Shown here: piece by piece, positions 57,885 through 64,000 of the stretch
Layout of the letters: each line of letters starts with the position of its first letter
Position numbering within the stretch: the first letter of the stretch is position 1
Assembly (NCBI GenBank): GCA_963692525.1
Contig: OY829953.1
Span: 3,475,108 to 3,539,107 of the forward strand
Length of the DNA stretch: 64,000 nt
Reading direction: 5' to 3'
From: Opitutales bacterium
GTDB taxonomy: Bacteria; Verrucomicrobiota; Verrucomicrobiia; Opitutales; PNEW01
Translations under genes and position numbers: made by a program
The notes under the pieces: model-generated
What the model was told of the DNA's origin: nothing
What the model saw: the letters and a program-made list of their open reading frames with translations, nothing else
Database searches by the model: none

Positions 57885-59664
57885 TTATTTTCCCTCCCAT
57901 TGCATAAAATTCACGGTTTTGTTTTGGCGGTTGTATGTCCATATACTGAATGAGTCTTTGGGCCACTTTTTTGAATACCGGTGCGGCAACATTTCCACCA
58001 TAAGCAGGTAGTGATGATTGTGGATCATCGACAATTACAGAAATCACAAGACGTGGATTCGATGCCGGGAAAAACCCGGCAAATGACGTAACATGGTGTC
58101 GGCTGGAATAACGCCCGTTAATTATTTTTTCCGTCGTTCCCGTTTTACCCGCAATTTCATAATCGGGAATAAATGCAAGCGGAGCAGTGCCGTCAGGGCT
58201 CACAGTGCGTATTAATAATTGAGCAACTTTATTCGCCGTTTCAGCACTCAACGCCCGATGTCGAGTTCGCGGTCGAAAACTGGCAATCGTAACTCCGTTA
58301 TCATCGAACACCCGGCGCACTAATTGAGGACTCATTAATACCCCTTGATTGGCAATTACCGACATTGCATAGTGAATTTGCAATTGTGTTGCGCTCACTG
58401 CGTAACCAATGGGTAAACGGCTGATCGTAAGGCTATCCCATTCTCTAACCGGATGTAAGATTCCTGCAGTCTCTCCCTCTAAAGGATAGCCACTTAAGCT
58501 ACCAAACCCGAATGCGACACTATAGTCATAAAGTCGATTGGGTCCCAACAGCATACCGAGTTGCGCGGCTCCTCGATTACTTGATTTACTGACCACTTCA
58601 CTTACGGAAAGTGAACCATATTCTTTATGATCACGAGGCAAACTGATACGCCTCCCCTTATACTCGACTATCGCCTGGTTGCAGTCGAAAACGGTATCAG
58701 GTAGTACGAGCGAATCATTAAGTGCTCCACTGACGGTCACAATTTTGAAAGTAGAACCCGGTTCTATAATATCTGAGACCGCGCGGTTGCGATGAGTGTC
58801 GAGAGGGTATTTCCAAAATTCATTTAAATCAAAAGTCGGCCAATTGGCTAATGCAATGAGGTACCCCGTAGAGGGATCGCTCACGATGATCGCCGCAGAC
58901 TGAGGCTGATAGGTTAATGCCAATTTATTTAATTCATCTTCGATTATATGCTGCGCCATAAAATCGATCGTCAATTCAATGTTAAGACCGTGCGTCGGAT
59001 CAACTTCTCGTTGACGAAATTGTGCCAGTTCACGACGGTGTCCGTCGCGCTCGATCTCACGCCACCCGTCTTGTCCTCGCAGATAAAAGTCCATGTATCG
59101 CTCAATCCCCATCACCGCGTTACCCTCTTTATTTACAAATCCTAAGAGATGTGCAGCTAATGATTCACCGGGATATAAACGCTCGAACTTACGGTTTCCA
59201 TAGACACCTTTAATCTCCAGTGCACGTACCTTGTTATAGTTTGTCTCACCAATTTTATCTGCCAGTTTGGACCAGTGATTATTCCTGACTTTCTGTCCGA
59301 AATTACCCGACCCTTGTCGGGTCTTTTTTGCTATGCGCGCTTCCAGCTCTTTAAGCGGCAATCCAATGAGATGAGAAAGATCCGGAAGTTTGTTAATATC
59401 TTCCGGCACGACTACATGAGGATCTACACCTAACTCAATTACCGTGTTTGTCGTGGCGAGAAGGTTGCCTCTCGTATCGACAACTTTACCCCGACGGGAA
59501 TGAATTATTTCAATCTTGTTTCGATTCGTTTTAACAATCTTTGCCAGGTTTTCCTGGTCCCAGACATGCAAATAATACAATCGCGCTAGAATTCCACTGA
59601 AGCCTAAAGTAATACCAATGGCCAATAAAAATAACCGCCAGGTGGAGATGTAAGCATTACTCAT
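57868..59664 (-). CDS. ftsI: Penicillin-binding protein FtsI/PBP3
   Basis: EPGSTFK (SxxK), SSN, KTGT. Confidence 0.93.
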   Translation of the reverse strand: MSNAYISTWRLFLLAIGITLGFSGILARLYYLHVWDQENLAKIVKTNRNKIEIIHSRRGKVVDTRGNLLATTNTVIELGVDPHVVVPEDINKLPDLSHLIGLPLKELEARIAKKTRQGSGNFGQKVRNNHWSKLADKIGETNYNKVRALEIKGVYGNRKFERLYPGESLAAHLLGFVNKEGNAVMGIERYMDFYLRGQDGWREIERDGHRRELAQFRQREVDPTHGLNIELTIDFMAQHIIEDELNKLALTYQPQSAAIIVSDPSTGYLIALANWPTFDLNEFWKYPLDTHRNRAVSDIIEPGSTFKIVTVSGALNDSLVLPDTVFDCNQAIVEYKGRRISLPRDHKEYGSLSVSEVVSKSSNRGAAQLGMLLGPNRLYDYSVAFGFGSLSGYPLEGETAGILHPVREWDSLTISRLPIGYAVSATQLQIHYAMSVIANQGVLMSPQLVRRVFDDNGVTIASFRPRTRHRALSAETANKVAQLLIRTVSPDGTAPLAFIPDYEIAGKTGTTEKIINGRYSSRHHVTSFAGFFPASNPRLVISVIVDDPQSSLPAYGGNVAAPVFKKVAQRLIQYMDIQPPKQNREFYAMGGKIIDPLP

Positions 59665-59681
59665 TAGCTAGCTGTAAGTAT

Positions 59682-60065
59682 TCAGGGGGTTAGAGAAGCG
59701 AGATTACCGGGAACTTGCAGTTTCTCGGAATCTGAGATTGAAGAAATGATATCACGCTCGTCCCGGGTGAACCGAACAATCTGATCTTCGCGCGGAAGCG
59801 AGATGTTTAGACCCAATTCAGTTGAGCGACGCAGAAGATTATTGGGATTATGCAATTTACCAATCCTTGCGTCGAGGTTTCGAATATTTCGATCAAGAAT
59901 TCTGAGCTCCTGTTCTAACGCCTTTGAACGTGTGGCCGTTATTGAAATCTGCTGGCGAAGCCAAACGAGACTAAGTCCGCCGCTAGCCGATACGACAAGG
60001 ATTAGCATGATTAAAAATACAACTTTATGCAGGGAGTTGGTATTTGAATCCATTCGCGTTTTCAT
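59682..60065 (-). CDS. ftsL: FtsL-like cell division protein
   Basis: TM followed by coiled coil, positioned between rsmH and ftsI. Confidence 0.7.
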   Translation of the reverse strand: MKTRMDSNTNSLHKVVFLIMLILVVSASGGLSLVWLRQQISITATRSKALEQELRILDRNIRNLDARIGKLHNPNNLLRRSTELGLNISLPREDQIVRFTRDERDIISSISDSEKLQVPGNLASLTP

Positions 60066-60066
60066 T

Positions 60067-61008
60067 TCATTTAGGAGTTGGGGTATTATTTTTTCGCAGA
60101 GCGCGAAGTCGTGCGGAGCGACTGCGAATATTGCTGTCTCTCTCTTTCAGTGATGGTCGCAGGGGTCGTCTGGTCAATAAAGTCGCCTGGACTGTTCGTG
60201 ACTGTTGAGGAAGTGAGTCCCCTCGATGTTCGGGGCGACCCGCCATGCGATTGAAATAGCGTTTTACGATACGGTCTTCAAGTGAATGAAAGCCGATCAC
60301 GATGAGAATACCACGGGGATTTAATTTTTCAAATGCTTGAGGTAGAGCCTCTTCCAGTCTTTCCAGCTCTTTGTTTAGTGCGATACGGAGACCTTGAAAT
60401 GTTTTAGTCGCAGGATGAATTTGCGATTTCCTTCCTCGGCGTGCGCCTGGAGTTACGGTTTTGGATACAATCTCTGCCAGGCGGGTCGTTACTTGTAGCG
60501 CGTCACTTCCCCGAGCCTCAAGAATAGCATCTACAACTTTACGCCATTGCTTTTCTTCACCAAAATCACGTACCGCCTCAATGAGTTCTTCACGCGTAGA
60601 CCTTTCAAGAAATTCTGACGCTGCGACACCCTCACGTGGATCCATACGCATATCCAAAGGTGCCGCACGATGAAAAGAAAATCCGCGCGCTACCGTTTCA
60701 AGCTGATAAGAGGACACCCCGAGATCGAATATAATTCCGTCAAATTCTCTTTCGGGAATTTTTTCTAAGCGATCGAAACTCAAGTTGTAACATTTTAAAC
60801 GATCCCCGTATTCTTTGCTCATCTCTACGGCGCGTGAATATGCCTCCGGATCACAGTCCAGGACCGTTACTTTGATCGATGGGTCCGCTTCCAGGAGCGC
60901 ACGCGAGTGCCCCCCTCCCCCGAAAGTAGCATCCAGGTAATGATAGCCTTCACGTGGTGAAAATATCTCAATCACCTCACGCAGAAGAACTGGCAGGTGT
61001 TGAACCAT
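60067..61008 (-). CDS. rsmH: 16S rRNA m4C1402 methyltransferase
   Basis: HLPVLL, DATFGGGGHS, DLGVSSYQL, PLDMRM, FHSLEDRIVK, RSRSARLR. Confidence 0.96.
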   Translation of the reverse strand: MVQHLPVLLREVIEIFSPREGYHYLDATFGGGGHSRALLEADPSIKVTVLDCDPEAYSRAVEMSKEYGDRLKCYNLSFDRLEKIPEREFDGIIFDLGVSSYQLETVARGFSFHRAAPLDMRMDPREGVAASEFLERSTREELIEAVRDFGEEKQWRKVVDAILEARGSDALQVTTRLAEIVSKTVTPGARRGRKSQIHPATKTFQGLRIALNKELERLEEALPQAFEKLNPRGILIVIGFHSLEDRIVKRYFNRMAGRPEHRGDSLPQQSRTVQATLLTRRPLRPSLKERDSNIRSRSARLRALRKNNTPTPK

Positions 61009-61027
61009 TCTTTGGCGACGCGATAGA

Positions 61028-61234
61028 TTAGCGGTTAAAAATATCATGGAGCAACGCTTTTAACCCGCGTGGTTTCAGCATTACGCGTTTACGGCGACCT
61101 ACTAAGGCTGTCAGGACGTTAGAATTCGCCAGGTTGACTACATGATTGAGACCTCGGAATTTCCAGCCACTAAAATGACGGATCTCTTCATTGCCGAGAA
61201 TATCACTTGTAAATCTGTTCTTACGTAGTTGCAT
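61028..61234 (-). CDS. Small basic hypothetical protein (68 aa) between mraZ and rsmH
   Basis: ATG-started ORF filling the gap in the operon, ~18-19 nt from each neighbour, same strand. Confidence 0.65.
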   Translation of the reverse strand: MQLRKNRFTSDILGNEEIRHFSGWKFRGLNHVVNLANSNVLTALVGRRKRVMLKPRGLKALLHDIFNR

Positions 61235-61252
61235 AGTTTGTTTGATTTCAGG

Positions 61253-61702
61253 TTAAATGCCTAAATCCTTCATCGCTGTTTGCAGATCAAATTCCTCTCC
61301 ATCCTGTTGGTCGAATTGCTCAGCACCCCAAATCGTGAATTTCTCTACCAGACCAACGAGCACCACTTCTTTCTCAATCTTCGCGGATTGGACCAGTTTA
61401 TCATGGAGCTTGATTCGTCCCTGTGAGTCGCATCCAAAATTATGGGCTTTTCCAAAGAGCTTTTGTAAAGTGCGCTGCCCGCGGGGATCACTCTCTGGGA
61501 TTTGTAGCAACTTCTCCCGAAATTCTTCAATTTTCCTCGGAGGATAGACGACAATGTAACCATTGGGATGCGGCCACGCGACATAGACATCTATGTCATC
61601 CCCTCGAAACCGCCATTTAGACGGTACCGTTACCCGGTTTTTCACGTCGAGATTGTGACGAAACTCCCCCACGTATAATGATTCTGACTCTAATGCTACC
61701 AT
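61253..61702 (-). CDS. mraZ: Transcriptional regulator MraZ
   Basis: GEFRHNLDVKNRVTVPSKWR, DSQGRIKL, VVLVG...FTIW; first gene of the dcw cluster. Confidence 0.92.
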   Translation of the reverse strand: MVALESESLYVGEFRHNLDVKNRVTVPSKWRFRGDDIDVYVAWPHPNGYIVVYPPRKIEEFREKLLQIPESDPRGQRTLQKLFGKAHNFGCDSQGRIKLHDKLVQSAKIEKEVVLVGLVEKFTIWGAEQFDQQDGEEFDLQTAMKDLGI

Positions 61703-61704
61703 AA

Positions 61705-61763
61705 TGAACCCACTTAATTCACCATAATTTGACATTTCATGACATTACACCCCACTTTGTCAA
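61705..61763 (-). promoter_or_regulatory. Probable dcw promoter with ~10-nt-spaced MraZ-type repeats
   Basis: Minus strand TTGACA-AAGTGGGGTG-TAATGTCATG-AAATGTCAAA-ATTATGGTGA-ATTAAGTGGG; MraZ is known to bind periodic GTGG-type repeats. Confidence 0.5.
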
Positions 61764-61967
61764 CCTCTTTTTTATCATTCATTTAAAAATCTCCCCCTTA
61801 AATTTTTGCCGAGAATCTCCACATAATGTGAAGTGTCTGCAGTGACTGATCAGCTATAAGCAGACCCTCTTGCTCATAATGTCACAATTGTCCCGAATAA
61901 GAAGTCGCCAGCAGCTTGAAAGCCGGCTAAAGGCATGGGCGTTAAAATATAGAAGCAAGCCTCGGAA

Positions 61968-62738
61968 ATGGATCGACCCCTCCCTGTATACTATTACCGG
62001 AAATCAGAACGTGACAGCAACGAATGTCGCGATTTTCTTCTGCGTTATGACAAACAGGTAAAGCAACATCTACCTGATAATTTTCCCTTTCCAGCCCGGC
62101 AGCGGGATTGGGAACTATTCAAGGTGCTTCAAAAAATACCGACTGATAATGCTAAAATAAAAATATTAGATACCGGTTCATTCAATACTTTCACTGGATT
62201 CTGGTTAGCCGCTTTCACCGAAAGTCCCGTCGTCTCTGACCTTTTGTCGCAACGTTTTTTTAAATCCGCACTTCGATACTTGGGATTTTTGCCGAGAAAG
62301 AAGAACGAATTATTCTACCCGAAATGGAGATCAATATTAACGAGAGGAGCGCCTAATCTTTCTATTAAAAACATCGATTTACTTAATATTCCCTACCCCG
62401 GCTCCAGCTTCGATTATATAACCAGTATTTCGGTAATCGAACATATTGAAAAAACCGAATTAGCCTTAGAACAAATGTATCGATGCCTGAAACCGGGAGG
62501 AAAATTACTGATTACAACAGATTGTCATCAAACTGGCTTGCCTTACTCAAAGGGTGTCAGGTTTCGTTCAGTCGAAGAATTAGAGCAGCTTTTTAAAGAT
62601 TATCCAGTAACCTCGTCTTACGCCGCCCCTAGTTTTGACAAAGAGAATTGGTGTTATAACAAAAACGGGGTTATTTTGGCTTTTATTGAAATTTCCAAAC
62701 CGAACATCACAGATTCCCCCAGCGAGAAAATAGACTGA
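61968..62738 (+). CDS. Class I SAM-dependent methyltransferase
   Basis: ILDTGS, IPYPGSSFDYITSISVIEHI, RCLKPGGKLLIT. Confidence 0.85.
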   Translation: MDRPLPVYYYRKSERDSNECRDFLLRYDKQVKQHLPDNFPFPARQRDWELFKVLQKIPTDNAKIKILDTGSFNTFTGFWLAAFTESPVVSDLLSQRFFKSALRYLGFLPRKKNELFYPKWRSILTRGAPNLSIKNIDLLNIPYPGSSFDYITSISVIEHIEKTELALEQMYRCLKPGGKLLITTDCHQTGLPYSKGVRFRSVEELEQLFKDYPVTSSYAAPSFDKENWCYNKNGVILAFIEISKPNITDSPSEKID

Positions 62739-62742
62739 TACT

Positions 62743-63297
62743 ATGCGTCAAGAAGAGAATATTTCCGCCCTTCTTCTGTCGGCCACTCATTTTGCTGCGA
62801 AGAAGCATCGTAACCAGAGGCGTAAGAATGTAGAAGCTGAGCCTTATTTTAATCATCCCGTTGAAGTGGCAGATTTACTGGCGCGTGTGGGCGGTGTGAC
62901 CGATACCGTTACTCTTATTGCCGCGATACTCCACGATACGATCGAAGACACGGATACTGAACCTGATGAAATAAACGAGCACTTTGGCCCGGAGGTTCTA
63001 TCTGTTGTCATGGAAGTCACCGATAATAAGCGATTGCTTAAATCTGAAAGAAAACGACTTCAAATTGAAAATGCGCCTCGTCTCAGTTTGCGAGGAAAGC
63101 AGGTTAAACTCGCAGATAAAATTTCAAATATCTCGACCATGGCTACATCGCCACCGAAGGGGTGGCCAAAAGATAGACAAATTGAATATTTATACTGGGC
63201 GGAAAACGTGGTTACTGAGATGGGTGACTGCAATCCGAAATTGGAAAAACTTTTTTTTAAAACACTAGCCAAAGGTAAAAAGCAATTAGAAGATTAA
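62743..63297 (+). CDS. HD-domain small alarmone hydrolase (Mesh1-like)
   Basis: AAKKHRNQRRK, PYFNHPVEVA, AAILHDTIEDT, VKLADKISN. Confidence 0.85.
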   Translation: MRQEENISALLLSATHFAAKKHRNQRRKNVEAEPYFNHPVEVADLLARVGGVTDTVTLIAAILHDTIEDTDTEPDEINEHFGPEVLSVVMEVTDNKRLLKSERKRLQIENAPRLSLRGKQVKLADKISNISTMATSPPKGWPKDRQIEYLYWAENVVTEMGDCNPKLEKLFFKTLAKGKKQLED

Positions 63298-63344
63298 TCG
63301 GTATCCAATTTTCTTTTAATTTTTTCAGCACACTTCGCTTTAAA

Positions 63345-64000
63345 ATGGAGACGCGAAATTCAACCAAAGTTAGACTAGATGAACTGCTCTTAGAACGCGG
63401 CCTTTCTAGCTCGCGAACGCAAGCGAGAAATATGATCCTTGAAGGTAAAGTTAAATGTGGATCAAGTGTTCTCAATAGGCCAGGTAAGTCTTTTCCTCGT
63501 GATATTGACCTCCTTGTCATCGATCCGCCACGCTATGTCAGTCGCGGTGGTGATAAACTTGCGGGTTTTCTGGATAAATACCCCGTGAATGTAAAAGGCC
63601 AAATCGTTCTCGATGTCGGTGCTTCGGTTGGAGGATTTACCGATTACTTACTTCAACAGAAGGCAAAAGCCGTAACATGCATCGATGTGGGGCACAACCA
63701 GCTTCATCCAAAACTGCGCCAGAACCCTCAGGTTACCAATCTCGAAAAAGTGAATGTTCGAGATTTGTCTCCGGACATATTGCCCTATCCACTCTATGAC
63801 CTGATCGTGGCTGATCTCTCCTTTATCTCACTGCGCAAGGTATTGCCCGCCATTTGGCCCTTAGTAAAATTAAATGGTATTTTAATTATCTTAATAAAAC
63901 CGCAATTCGAAGCGGGGACAAAATTGGTTAGCCAGGCAAAGGGTATCATTAAAAACCCAATTATTCATGAACAGGTTGTCGCAGAGATTAGAGAATTCTG
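63345..64000 (+). CDS. tlyA: TlyA family rRNA methyltransferase, runs off the right edge
   Basis: Not in the ORF track. Manual translation: METRNSTKVRLDELLLERGL...YVSRGGDKL...LDVGASVGGFTD...DVGHNQL...DLSFISL...LIKPQFEAG. Confidence 0.9.
   Translation, partial: METRNSTKVRLDELLLERGLSSSRTQARNMILEGKVKCGSSVLNRPGKSFPRDIDLLVIDPPRYVSRGGDKLAGFLDKYPVNVKGQIVLDVGASVGGFTDYLLQQKAKAVTCIDVGHNQLHPKLRQNPQVTNLEKVNVRDLSPDILPYPLYDLIVADLSFISLRKVLPAIWPLVKLNGILIILIKPQFEAGTKLVSQAKGIIKNPIIHEQVVAEIREF

Noticed and set aside
42412..61702. Numerous short antisense and alternate-frame ORFs over the dcw genes
   Set aside because: Shadow ORFs of well-supported genes, with no independent coding evidence.

Overview
Chromosomal window from a bacterium inferred to be Verrucomicrobiota, probably Opitutales (inferred from dcw gene order with a LysM gene between murD and ftsW, and from the protein families present). 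The right third (42.4-61.7 kb) is a complete dcw cell-division/peptidoglycan cluster on the minus strand (mraZ to ftsZ), followed by purS. The middle is a carbohydrate/organic-acid catabolic region: 2-hydroxyacid dehydrogenases, Fe-ADH, enolase-superfamily enzyme, PIG-L deacetylase, GlcNAc 2-epimerase, sugar-binding protein, acoCAB-like genes, sialidase, a tandem BMC shell protein and a DapA-family aldolase with a likely encapsulation peptide. The left part has korAB, an M16 peptidase, a PAC2-family gene, a pilin-like gene and three secreted proteins that share a ~275-aa C-terminal domain. The strongest finding is a complete ~1.27-kb IS110 element (40715-41984) with a duplicated CT core. Its upstream non-coding end folds into a bridge-RNA-like structure whose guides match the element's own junction and its insertion site, and predict targeting of a GAAGAC repeat family scattered through the window. 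The same non-coding end carries a 34-nt copy of the recombinase ORF. Inverted heptamer arrays, one pair enclosing a broken four-helix-bundle gene, and several REP-like palindromes are common in intergenic DNA. No rRNA, tRNA or CRISPR array was seen. All calls are by eye, without database searches.
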